Positions 1 through 9,400 of a stretch of 45,719 nucleotides of DNA are shown here, one piece after another (the stretch's first letter is position 1; each line of letters opens with the position of its first letter). Under the pieces are notes generated by a model. That model did no database searches and was not told the DNA's origin. It saw only the letters and a program-made list of their open reading frames with translations. This DNA is from Bacteroidota bacterium (GTDB taxonomy: Bacteria > Bacteroidota > Ignavibacteria > UBA10030 > UBA8401): the NCBI GenBank assembly GCA_028873075.1, contig JAGWND010000002.1:1-45719 (forward strand), read 5' to 3'. The position numbers and the translations under genes are program-made.

Positions 1-45
1 TGCCGAAAGAAATTGCTATTGCCTGACGGCAAATGAAAGGAGGTC

Positions 46-537
46 ATGATTATGTCACTCATAAAGCGAAATCCGCCTGAAGTCGGATTCTGGCGCGGTG
101 AATTACCGTTCTCCCGTAACTTGCAGAGACTGCAGGAAGAGATGAGTCGTATGTTCGATCATTTCTTCCACGGAAACATTTTTGATGACGGAACATCGTT
201 CACTCATTCATGGGTACCGGCAGTTGATGTCCATGAAACTGAAGATGCGTATGTCGTCACCGTGGAGCTCCCGGGCTTAAAGAAGAGCGACGTGAAGGTT
301 ACGGTGGACAATAATGTTCTCACGATTCGCGGAGAAAAGAAAGACGAACGTGAATCGAAGACCGTGAACGCTCATCGCGTTGAGCGGAGTTACGGCTTGT
401 TTGAGCGGTCACTTCCGCTTCCCGCATCAGTGAAAACAGGCGACGTTGACGCTCGATTCGACGACGGTGTTCTCACCGTGACTCTTCCTAAAACGGAAGA
501 GGCAAAGCAAAAGCTGATTGAAGTTAATGTGAAGTAA
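46..537 (+). CDS. Hsp20/alpha-crystallin family small heat-shock protein
   Basis: 163-aa ORF with an alpha-crystallin core (VPAVDVHETEDAYVVTVELPGLKKSDVKVTVDNNVLTIRGEKK...GVLTVTLPK). An AAAGGAGG Shine-Dalgarno lies just upstream. A terminator follows. Confidence 0.9.
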   Translation: MIMSLIKRNPPEVGFWRGELPFSRNLQRLQEEMSRMFDHFFHGNIFDDGTSFTHSWVPAVDVHETEDAYVVTVELPGLKKSDVKVTVDNNVLTIRGEKKDERESKTVNAHRVERSYGLFERSLPLPASVKTGDVDARFDDGVLTVTLPKTEEAKQKLIEVNVK

Positions 538-567
538 CTTTACTAATCTCTTTATCCATTGTTGAAG

Positions 568-596
568 ATCCCGGGCATGCCACCCGGGATTTTTTT
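568..596 (+). terminator. Rho-independent terminator of the Hsp20 gene
   Basis: ATCCCGGG-catgcca-CCCGGGAT forms a perfect 8-bp stem and is followed directly by a run of 7 T. Confidence 0.85.
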
Positions 597-666
597 ATAT
601 ATATTTCCAACCGGGATTCTGACACAAACATTGTTGGTAACGAATGAATATTTTTTAAAATTTTGC

Positions 667-695
667 TTGACAAGAGGAAAGAAATTCACTATTAT
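667..695 (+). promoter_or_regulatory. Sigma70-like promoter upstream of the LacI regulator
   Basis: TTGACA (667-672), a 17-nt spacer, then TATTAT (690-695). This is near consensus. Whether this organism uses sigma70-type boxes is assumed. Confidence 0.5.
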
Positions 696-723
696 TAAAG
701 CGGTTCGATAAAAAAGAACAATT
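694..723 (+). promoter_or_regulatory. Operator-like repeat A (putative LacI-family binding site)
   Basis: ATTAAAGCGGTTCGATAAAAAAGAACAATT abuts the -10 box. It is about 90% identical to a second copy at 798-826. The core is an imperfect palindrome around a central CG, as in LacI-family operators. Confidence 0.45.
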
Positions 724-797
724 TCCCCGTATTTAGTTATCCGTTCTTAAAATTTGCCTATAATTCACATCTTTATGTAGTTTATATTTTCGATTCT

Positions 798-826
798 ATT
801 GAAGCGTTTCGATAAAAACGACAATT
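798..826 (+). promoter_or_regulatory. Operator-like repeat B (putative LacI-family binding site)
   Basis: ATTGAAGCGTTTCGATAAAAACGACAATT ends at the LacI start codon. In ATTGAAGC|GTTTCGAT, 6 of 8 positions are dyad-symmetric. Confidence 0.45.
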
Positions 827-1868
827 GATGAAGAGAAAAATTACTATCCACGATGTGGCAAAAAAAGCAGAGCTGTCGGTTTCGACGGTGTCGCTGATAA
901 TGAACAACAAGCCGAACGTCAACGAAGAAACACGGCGGAAGGTTCTTGAAATTATCAGACAATTGGGATATCATCCGTTGCGAAGCGCACGCGGGCTTGC
1001 ATCGCAATCGAGCGGCAACATCGGTTTTATTCTCACCGAAGATCACTTCTCGCAAGCTGAGCCTTTCTACACAAAAATTTTTCTCGGGACGGAATTCGAA
1101 GCGCGTAATCACAACTTTTACATTTTGCTCACGACTGTCGGCTGGACGTTGAAGGACCAGAGTCAGGTACCGCGTTTTTTGCTTGAGCACAATGTTGATG
1201 GTGTCATCATTGCCGGGAAGATCGGCTCATCGTGGGTTGAATATATTCAGGAACAAAACCTTCCGCTTATTCTTATTGACTATGAACTTGCTCGTCACCG
1301 CGTTTCAACAATAGGTATGGATAACCGGACGGGCATTAACCTTGTAGTTGAACATTTTCGTACTGGCGGTCATTCGAAGATCGGATTCATTGGCGGCGAT
1401 ATCCGCCATCCAAGTATCGCCGAACGTTTCGCTTCCTATCGTGATACGCTTGCTTCTGCGGGCATGCCGATCAACAGCCGGTGGATTTCAGTAGGCGAAG
1501 CAAATACGAGCCTCGATGACGGCTATGAAGCGGCTAAAAGGATTTTCAGTCTAGGCGGAGAGCGTCCGACCGCAATTGCTTGTGCAAACGATGCGATGGC
1601 ACTTGGCTGTATGAAATTTCTGAAGGAAGCCGGCATTGCAATCCCCGGCGATGTTGCCGTTTCCGGATTCGATAATATAGAGGCAGGACTTCATGTGGAA
1701 CCGCGGTTGACTACCGTGAATGTGCATCGGGAAGAAATGGGAGGCATCGCAGTCCGCCGGCTTGTTGAAATGATTAAAGATCACAGCTCAGTGATCACCA
1801 AAACGCTGACTCCAGTTGAATTGATTGTTCGTGATTCATGCGGAGTCAAAGAAAGCGTTTCAGATTGA
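825..1868 (+). CDS. LacI family transcriptional regulator
   Basis: N-terminal HTH_LacI motif (ITIHDVAKKAELSVSTVSLIMNNKPNVNEETRRKV) plus a periplasmic-binding-protein-like sugar-binding fold. The track ORF starts at TTG 825; ATG 828 is the more likely start. Confidence 0.9.
   Translation: MMKRKITIHDVAKKAELSVSTVSLIMNNKPNVNEETRRKVLEIIRQLGYHPLRSARGLASQSSGNIGFILTEDHFSQAEPFYTKIFLGTEFEARNHNFYILLTTVGWTLKDQSQVPRFLLEHNVDGVIIAGKIGSSWVEYIQEQNLPLILIDYELARHRVSTIGMDNRTGINLVVEHFRTGGHSKIGFIGGDIRHPSIAERFASYRDTLASAGMPINSRWISVGEANTSLDDGYEAAKRIFSLGGERPTAIACANDAMALGCMKFLKEAGIAIPGDVAVSGFDNIEAGLHVEPRLTTVNVHREEMGGIAVRRLVEMIKDHSSVITKTLTPVELIVRDSCGVKESVSD
1851..1865 (+). promoter_or_regulatory. Third operator-like half-palindrome (GAAAGCGTTTCAGAT)
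   Basis: It shares the 9-mer AAGCGTTTC with repeat B and has GAAA-N3-TTTC dyad symmetry. It lies in the last codons of the LacI gene, about 145 nt upstream of the next gene. Confidence 0.3.
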
Positions 1869-2009
1869 GCACGATGCTGATTCGCTTTTTTATTCTCCAG
1901 AGATGGAAGGAGGTAGGTTGAGGCACAGTCCATTGGCTACAACTCGAACATCAAAAGGTTAATCATTATCTAATTCATTAAAAGTTCACCAACTTGAAGG
2001 AGGTACATC

Positions 2010-3554
2010 ATGAAACGGCGTTTATTGTTTCTGTGGTGGGGAATCGCAACTGCGATTCTCTCCACCGCCGTCTTAGCCCAGGAGGGCGCTCTCAATACCA
2101 TTGGCGGATTTGAGAGCAGTCTGCCGTCGTATTGGACGATCGGGAACCAGCCGTCGGGCTCGACAGTGAGCTGGGCGACGGATCAGTACCGGTCGTTAGG
2201 GCACTCGCTGAAGATCACGAAGAGCACGACGAGCGACAGTGCGTCGTGGGTTTCGGAGAACATGTGCGATTTGTGGTCGCCGCAGCATTACAAGAACGTG
2301 GATATACTGTTGGGGGCGTATGTGAAGACATCCGGGGTGAACACGAACCCTGCAAGCAATGATGCGAAGTGGTATATCGCGTACACGTTTTATGACAGTG
2401 CGGGGGCGTTGATCGGTCAGACGAAGCTGCCGGTCAATCAGAGTGTGGGGACGAGCAGCGGGTGGGTTGCCGACACGAACGATGTCGGAGCGACGATCTT
2501 GCCGCGGGATGCATGGAAGACGATCGTGTCGTTCGTGGGAGGGAAGAACGCGACAGGGACGGTGTGGGCTGATGACTTCATCTTCACCGGACGGGGAGGA
2601 GCGTGGGCAGGACAGGATTGGAACACGAGTGTAGGAGTACCGACAGGATGGTATTACTGGCTGCCGCCGAACGGAGGGAACGACGGGATGTTGTCGAACG
2701 GATTTGAGAACACGTTGGTGACGAACGAGACGGCACACAGCGGTCAATATTCATTGAAGTTTGTGCTGCCGGCGAATCGTCAGCCGCACGATGCGTTTGT
2801 GGGGACACGAAGGTTCTTGCTGAACGGCACAGGTACACTCGGCACATCGCTGACCTCGGTGCAGCAGTTGAAGCAAGATGTTGCGGGGACGCTCGATGCG
2901 AAGCCGGGAGACATTCTGCGGATCAGTGTGTGGATCAAGGCGAGCGGCTTGGTGCCGGACAGTGCGGCGAAGTATCCGGACACATGGTCGGTGGGATTGA
3001 CGCCTGGGTTTTTCAAAGACAACGGGAACAACACGGGATATAATCCGATCCAGATCAACGATTACATGTTCACGTTTCCGGCGGTGACGTCGTTCGACTG
3101 GACACAGTATTATCTGGATGTGAAGGTGCCGAGCGATCCGACGACGAACACGCTGGAAGTACGCTTGCATGTCTACAACCGGTTTGTCGGCACGGTCTAC
3201 TTCGATGATTTGAAAGTCGAGAAGGTTGGAGAGACGACGACGGGCGTGAAGCGGGCAAAGGATGGGATTCCGGATAGCTACGAGCTGGCAAATAACTATC
3301 CGAATCCGTTCAACCCATCCACGACCATTGGATTCGGTGTACCGCAGAGCGGCGTTGTTTCAGTCACGATCTACAACATTCTGGGCCAAAAAGTGCGGAC
3401 GTTGCTCAACGGATTTGCAACAGCCGGTGAACACAGCATTGTGTGGGATGGACGGAATGATGCAGGCATTGTTGTCGAATCCGGCGTATACTTCTATCGT
3501 CTGGAAACAGCCGGCGGGATGTCGCTGGTGAGGAAAATGTTGCTTCTCAAGTAA
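2010..3554 (+). CDS. Secreted protein with two CBM4/9-like beta-sandwich modules and a T9SS C-terminal sorting domain
   Basis: GAAGGAGG SD lies 7 nt upstream. There is a signal peptide (LSTAVLAQ). Two jelly-roll-like modules are visible (GGFESSLPSYW... and NGFENTLVTNETAHSGQYSLKF...VYFDDLKVEKV). The C-terminus has a type-A sorting domain (NYPNPFNPSTTIGF...GVYFYRLETAGG...KMLLLK). Confidence 0.75.
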   Translation: MKRRLLFLWWGIATAILSTAVLAQEGALNTIGGFESSLPSYWTIGNQPSGSTVSWATDQYRSLGHSLKITKSTTSDSASWVSENMCDLWSPQHYKNVDILLGAYVKTSGVNTNPASNDAKWYIAYTFYDSAGALIGQTKLPVNQSVGTSSGWVADTNDVGATILPRDAWKTIVSFVGGKNATGTVWADDFIFTGRGGAWAGQDWNTSVGVPTGWYYWLPPNGGNDGMLSNGFENTLVTNETAHSGQYSLKFVLPANRQPHDAFVGTRRFLLNGTGTLGTSLTSVQQLKQDVAGTLDAKPGDILRISVWIKASGLVPDSAAKYPDTWSVGLTPGFFKDNGNNTGYNPIQINDYMFTFPAVTSFDWTQYYLDVKVPSDPTTNTLEVRLHVYNRFVGTVYFDDLKVEKVGETTTGVKRAKDGIPDSYELANNYPNPFNPSTTIGFGVPQSGVVSVTIYNILGQKVRTLLNGFATAGEHSIVWDGRNDAGIVVESGVYFYRLETAGGMSLVRKMLLLK

Positions 3555-3564
3555 GGGATGGATG

Positions 3565-3604
3565 ACGGGGCGGTATGCTGAAGCGTACCGTCCCGTTTTT
3601 CTTT
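3565..3604 (+). terminator. Rho-independent terminator
   Basis: ACGGGGCGGTATGC-tgaa-GCGTACCGTCCCGT forms a 14-bp stem with two G-U pairs, followed by TTTTCTTT. Confidence 0.85.
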
Positions 3605-3630
3605 AGTGCCATTTTCAATTCTGAATCCCA

Positions 3631-6357
3631 ATGCCAATCTCTACGTATTTGCTTAAGCGCGTGCACAGGAATACGCTTTCGACGACGTTGTTTTTCATTG
3701 CGGCAGTTTCTGTTATGCTCGCAGCGCCATGGGCAGCCGCAGTTGCAGGAACGACGGGAAAGATTTCGGGCAAAGTCATTGACGGTAAAACGAAGGAACC
3801 TTTGTTCGGAGTGAATGTCCTCGTTGTCGGCACAACGATGGGAGCCGCAACGGACCTCAACGGTGAGTACTTCATCATCAATCTTTCGCCGGGCATATAT
3901 CGACTTCGCGCGTCGGCAGTCGGGTATGCGCCGGTGTCAATCAGCGGCGTCAGCGTGAATGTTGACCAAACAACGCGGATTGATTTTGAACTGGAATCTC
4001 AGGCAGTGGAGTTGAACAGCGTTACCGTTTCCGCATCGCGTCCGATTGTGCAAAAAGATTTAACGTCAACAACAGCGACAATCAGCGGAAATCAAATAGC
4101 AAAACTGCCTGTTGAAGATGTTTCTTCTTTGGTGAATTTACAAGCAGGCGTTGTTGACGGACATTTCCGCGGCGGGCGGACGGGCGAAGTGAAATACATG
4201 ATCGACGGCGTGCCGGTGAACGATGTGTACTCCAACAGCTCATCGTTGCAAGCGGAAGTGAGCAGCGTGCAGGAGGTGCAAGTGCTCAGCGGAACATTCA
4301 ATGCAGAATACGGTGAAGCGCTCTCGGGCGTTGTCAATGTTGTAACAAAAATTCCGGGTGAACAGTACTCCGGCGAGATTTCCGCATACACCGGCGATTA
4401 TGTCAGTTCCCGCACGTCGTTGTTTCAGCATCTTGGTCATATCTCTCCCGACGATCTTCAAAATTTTGAAGGCTCACTGAGCGGACCGATTCCGGTCATC
4501 GGCAGTCTGCTTCGGTTTTATGTCTCTGGGCGCCATGTGTACGACGACGGCTACCTCTACGGACGAAGGATTTTTAATCCACAGGACTCGTCGAATTTTT
4601 CTGCGACTGATCCTTCCCAATGGTACGTCGGCGCCACGGGGGACAGGGCGTACGTTCCGATGAACTGGGACAAACGCACAACTTTGCAAGGGAAGCTTGC
4701 CTTCAGTCTCGGTAATGCCAAAGGATTGATTTTCCAAGGGCTGTATCAAAAGCATGATTACCGCACGTACGATCATGAGTTCCAGCTTAATCCCGACGGC
4801 GATTACACATATCATCAAACAAGCTTTTTAGGAGCCACAAGCTACAATCATGTCTTCAGCGACGCAGCGTTTATTGATTTGAACGCTTCGATCAATACCA
4901 CAGAGTACAAACAGTACGTCTATGAGAATCCGCTTGATCCCCGTTATGTGAACCCCCAAAGGATGCAAGATGCCGGCGCCAATGCGTTTCTCACCGGCGG
5001 GACACAAAACTGGCATTTCTCACACTACACAACAACAATCACCGGCAAAGCCGATTTGACAGATCAGATTACTCAGGTGCATCAAATCAAAGCGGGCGTT
5101 GAAGCAGACTTGCATCGCTTGCAGTACGAAGATTTTCAAATTCACGTGGATGCAACGAGCGGTTTCAGACCCGCACTTCCCAAGCCGGGCGATTTCGATT
5201 TCAATCAATACAATAATCATCCGTACCAATTGGCTGCCTATGTTCAGGACAAGATCGAGCTTGATTATCTTATCGTGAATGTCGGCATTCGGTTCGATTA
5301 TTTTCAGCCCGACGGGAAAGTGATTAACTATCCGGACAGCATTGCGGAGCTTGATGCCCTCCATCCGCCTTTTCCCAATTCTTTTTTTCATAATGCGTCG
5401 GCAAAATTTCAGATTAGCCCGCGTGTCGGAATTTCTTATCCGATTACCGACCGCGGTGCGGTGCATATTTCGTACGGACATTTTTTCCAGATTCCGCCGT
5501 TTGAATTCCTTTATAAAAATCCGAATTTCAGAATTCCCCTTTCAGGAAACTTTCCTGAATTTGTCGGCAATGCAATCGGCAACGCCGATCTTCAGCCGCA
5601 GCGCACGACAATGTATGAGATCGGTTTGCAGCAAGAACTTACGCCCGACCTCGGCTTGACGGTAACCGGATATTACAAGGACATCCGGAATCTTCTCGGC
5701 GTTCAGCTTCACATCAAAAATAATTTCAAAACATTTGCCGAGTATATTAACACTGACTATGGAGCCGTGAAAGGTTTTACTGTTTCATTGGAACGCCGGC
5801 TGGCAGAAGGATTCGGCGCGAGCGTTGATTACACGTACCAAATTGCGAAGGGTGACGCATCGGATCCAAATGAAGCGTTTAACAAGGCACAAGCAAGCCC
5901 TCCTGTCGAAGCGAACAAAGAACTTGTGCCGCTCGATTGGGACCGGAGACATTCGCTCAATTTTACTCTCACACTCGGTCAAAGTGAAAGCTACACTGCC
6001 AGTGTTATTGGCAGACTCGGCTCGGGTTTGCCGTACACCCCTTCATTTTACAACCAACGGACGGGGCTGGAAAACAGTGATACGCGGCCGATGTTCTTCA
6101 ACACTGATCTGTATTTGACAAAGTATCTCAAGATGTTCGATCTTGACTTTGCATTGTTCCTTAAAGTGTATAATTTGTTCGATACGGCGAACGAGCTTCA
6201 GGTTTTTACCGATACCGGAAGGGCCGGTTACACGCTTGAACTAACGCGTTCGCAAGAAGCACCTCGCGGTGTGAACACGCTGCAGCAATATTTTACGAGG
6301 CCGGATTTTTATTCTGCGCCACGGCAGGTTATTATCGGTGCGACGGTGAGCTTTTAA
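3631..6357 (+). CDS. TonB-dependent outer-membrane receptor with an N-terminal carboxypeptidase-regulatory-like domain
   Basis: Signal peptide present. CarboxypepD_reg motif (GKISGKVIDGKTKEPLFGVNVLVVGTTMGAATDLNGEYFIINLSPGIYRL). A plug region follows (LVNLQAGVV...GGRTGEVKYMIDGVPVND). The long beta-barrel ends in ...IIGATVSF with a terminal aromatic residue. Confidence 0.85.
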   Translation: MPISTYLLKRVHRNTLSTTLFFIAAVSVMLAAPWAAAVAGTTGKISGKVIDGKTKEPLFGVNVLVVGTTMGAATDLNGEYFIINLSPGIYRLRASAVGYAPVSISGVSVNVDQTTRIDFELESQAVELNSVTVSASRPIVQKDLTSTTATISGNQIAKLPVEDVSSLVNLQAGVVDGHFRGGRTGEVKYMIDGVPVNDVYSNSSSLQAEVSSVQEVQVLSGTFNAEYGEALSGVVNVVTKIPGEQYSGEISAYTGDYVSSRTSLFQHLGHISPDDLQNFEGSLSGPIPVIGSLLRFYVSGRHVYDDGYLYGRRIFNPQDSSNFSATDPSQWYVGATGDRAYVPMNWDKRTTLQGKLAFSLGNAKGLIFQGLYQKHDYRTYDHEFQLNPDGDYTYHQTSFLGATSYNHVFSDAAFIDLNASINTTEYKQYVYENPLDPRYVNPQRMQDAGANAFLTGGTQNWHFSHYTTTITGKADLTDQITQVHQIKAGVEADLHRLQYEDFQIHVDATSGFRPALPKPGDFDFNQYNNHPYQLAAYVQDKIELDYLIVNVGIRFDYFQPDGKVINYPDSIAELDALHPPFPNSFFHNASAKFQISPRVGISYPITDRGAVHISYGHFFQIPPFEFLYKNPNFRIPLSGNFPEFVGNAIGNADLQPQRTTMYEIGLQQELTPDLGLTVTGYYKDIRNLLGVQLHIKNNFKTFAEYINTDYGAVKGFTVSLERRLAEGFGASVDYTYQIAKGDASDPNEAFNKAQASPPVEANKELVPLDWDRRHSLNFTLTLGQSESYTASVIGRLGSGLPYTPSFYNQRTGLENSDTRPMFFNTDLYLTKYLKMFDLDFALFLKVYNLFDTANELQVFTDTGRAGYTLELTRSQEAPRGVNTLQQYFTRPDFYSAPRQVIIGATVSF

Positions 6358-6373
6358 AAAGATTTAAGGCTCA

Positions 6374-6447
6374 TGGTTGATGGTTTGTGATTCGTGGTTT
6401 GTGGTTCGAGGCGCAAAACCGCAAGCCCAAAACTCGAAACGCAAAAC
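6374..6447. repeat. Short dispersed GGTTCGAG/GTTTCGAG-type intergenic repeat, copy a
   Basis: GGTT-rich and then AAAC-rich halves. GGTTCGAG (6403-6410) pairs with CTCGAAAC (6433-6440). CAAAACTCGAAAC (6428-6440) is the exact reverse complement of a 13-mer at 15547-15559. Confidence 0.5.
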
Positions 6448-6462
6448 TTTACAAGGTGTTTG

Positions 6463-9400
6463 ATGTTTTCACAAATAAAAAATCTTTCCTTTACAGTCGT
6501 TATAGCGTTGGCATTCAGTTATCTCGCTTCGCATTCTTTATTTTCCCAAACGCGCATCGTTGACAAAAACCGGGGGAACCACAATGAAACGAAAAAAGGA
6601 TTGATGGACGGCAATCTCGTTTCCACCATTTATTATAATTTCGGGGAGATCGCCGATTGGCAGAACGATCCAAGCCGGAGCGGCGTCTGGCCCAAAGGCA
6701 CAAACCATACGTATGTTGACGGCGTGGCGGTGATCGTGCAGGCAGAAACGAAAGACCCTCAGGGTAACATCATTCATCCGCTGGAAACGAACTACTACGA
6801 GTACACACGCGCCGACCCTTCCACTAAAGTGACGTACGGCTGGTGGCCCCTTCCCGGATATGCCAATCGTTTTCAATCCAGTGTTGCTCAAAGTACAGAA
6901 CCGGGCACATGGCCCGACCATTGGCCCGATGAGCCGGGCGCTTGGGACGGGAAGTGGAACGGATTTTTCGGCAAAGGGGTACAGAATGCCGACCTCGAGT
7001 CGTACTTTGTTTTCGATGATAACGAAGATCGCGAGTACATTTTGAAAAATCATTTTTTTCCGGATGCCGACGACACGACACGCGGCGGTTTGGGCATGCA
7101 AGTTCACGGGCGCGGTTTTCAATGGTCGCAGGTGTTGGCGGAAGATGTGATCTTCTGGCATTATGAAATCACAAATATGGGAACCACAGATTACGCAAAA
7201 ACGCTATTCGCGCAATATGTTGATTGGGGCATCGGAGGCCATGACAATTCATCAAACAATGCCGGCGATTACAATCAGGATTTGAATTTATCGTACGCGT
7301 GGTCCACTGTTTCCTTCGGCAGTCCGGGTAATTGGAGTCCGGTGGGATATGCGGGCTATGCATTTCTCGAAAGTCCGGGAATTGCCGATGATCATATTGA
7401 CAACGATCATGACGGTTTAACGGACGAGCGGCGCGATAACGATGCGAAAGTTTTCATCACCGACCCGCTGAAAGACCCTTTCCTTGTTGATGTTCAACAG
7501 GACACCGCACGCTTCCATGCGTTTTACGGTTATAGCTGGAAACCGCATTGGGATGCGGACGAAAATTGTAATTGGCGCTCGTACACGGATTTGAATCACA
7601 ACGGGAAATGGGATCCGGGTGAACCGTTGAACGATGATGTTGGAAGCGACGGCATCGGTCCGTTCGATGAAGGATACACCGGACCCGATGCGGATGGTAC
7701 GGAAGGGAACGGCAAACCCGATCAAGGCGAACCCAACTTCGGAATTCTTGATAAAGATGAATCCGATCAGCTCGGTTTGACGGGATTTCTGATTTCTGCT
7801 GTCCATTATCCGGTTGATCTGAACAATGATGAAGAGAACTGGAAACTTTTTTCGGGACTGCCCCAGCCGCACGGACAGTCGCTTGTCGGTGTCAATCTCG
7901 CCAACCGTTTTTCGAGCTATCTTTTCCATTTGAACGGACGGAATACATACGGCATGACGACGGGGCAAGTTCAGCAGACGGGCGAGACGGAGCGCTTCTC
8001 GATGGCGTTGATTTTCGGAATGAATACCGATGATCTTTTCCGAAGAAAGAAAACCGTGCAGCAAATTTACAATGCGAACTACCGTTTTGCGAAACCGCCC
8101 GACAAACCGACGATCAAAGCGATTGCTGGCGATCATAAAGTAACACTCTATTGGGATGACCGCGCCGAAAAAACGTTCGATGCTTTTTATCAAAAATATA
8201 ATTTTGAAGGGTATCGGGTGTACCGAAGCACGGAGCCGAATTTTCTTGAGGATAAAATTATCACCGATGCGTACGGCTCGCCCACGTACCGAACGCCCAT
8301 TGCACAGTTCGATTTGGTTGATGGAATCGAAGGGCTTCATCCGATCGGCGTGAACGGTGCCTATTTCTATCTCGGCGACGATTCCGGCTTGCAGCATTCG
8401 TTCGTTGATACGACGGTGCAGAACGGTCAAACGTATTACTACGCTGTGTGCGCCTACGACCAAGGATATACCACGACGACTGTGGAAGGCACGTTCGAAG
8501 GAATTCCGCCGTCGGAAACAACCAGCATCATCAAAGTAGATGCGAACGGCAGAGTGAAGACCGACATCAATACTGCCGTAGTAACGCCGCACGCCCCGGC
8601 TGCTGGCTACATCGCACCGATGTCGAAGATGGATTCAATTTCCGGCCCCGGCACCGGTTCGGTTTCGGTGAGCTTGCTTGATCCCGATTCGCTTCGGAAT
8701 CACCAATATCGTTTGTCATTTGAAGATTCAACCGCATATCATACGAACCTTCATCCGTGGTATCGTCTGGTTGACCGGACGTCGGGGGATACGCTTGTCG
8801 GGCTGACGCAGCTTGAGTCTAATGCAGCGCAAACGTCTGTCTTCAACGGTTTTGCGGTGAACATCAACAACGATGCGGCGATTGCCGTGGATCAAAAGAA
8901 AACAAGCTGGGTGAAAGGAAATAGCAATTACGTTGTCATCGTCGGATTTGATTCCCGCTTTGCCAGTGCGTACACGGGAAGAAGAGTGATCTATCCTGCA
9001 GATTTTGAAATTACTTTTACCGGAAAATTTCAAGGCGATACATCGCTCTCAACAAACAGCTTCGTTCCGGTCGGCATTCCGTCGAACATCGTCGTCAAAA
9101 ATACGACGGAGAATATTGATCACGTCCGATTCACTTTCTATGACGAGAACAACGATTCATTGTTTGACGCCGGAGACGCCATCTTCATTATGGTAGGTGA
9201 TTCGGCAGGAAAGCAAGCGTCCTCTTTTTCAAAAGGAAAAGCGACGTGGTCCATGACGTTGATTCAGGATACGCTGATTCCCGCTGATGAGCAAAAACCG
9301 CCGCAGCCGGGAGAGGTGTATCATCTTTCGACGACAAAACCGTTCCGCACCGGCGAGTATTTTGATTTTACAACGCAAGCGCCGTCGTTCAACGAAACGA

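Noticed and set aside
1869-1895. Possible weak terminator after the LacI gene (AAAGCG...CGCTTTTTT).
   Set aside because: The stem is only 6 bp with a ~25-nt loop. That is not convincing as an intrinsic terminator.
2132-3291. Eight overlapping ORFs of 62-183 aa on both strands inside the CBM-like gene (for example 2196..2747 -, 2751..3170 -).
   Set aside because: They are Arg/Pro/Ser-rich, low-complexity translations. This is typical of off-frame reading through a GC-rich gene. The + frame 514-aa ORF has an SD, a signal peptide, recognisable domains and a terminator.
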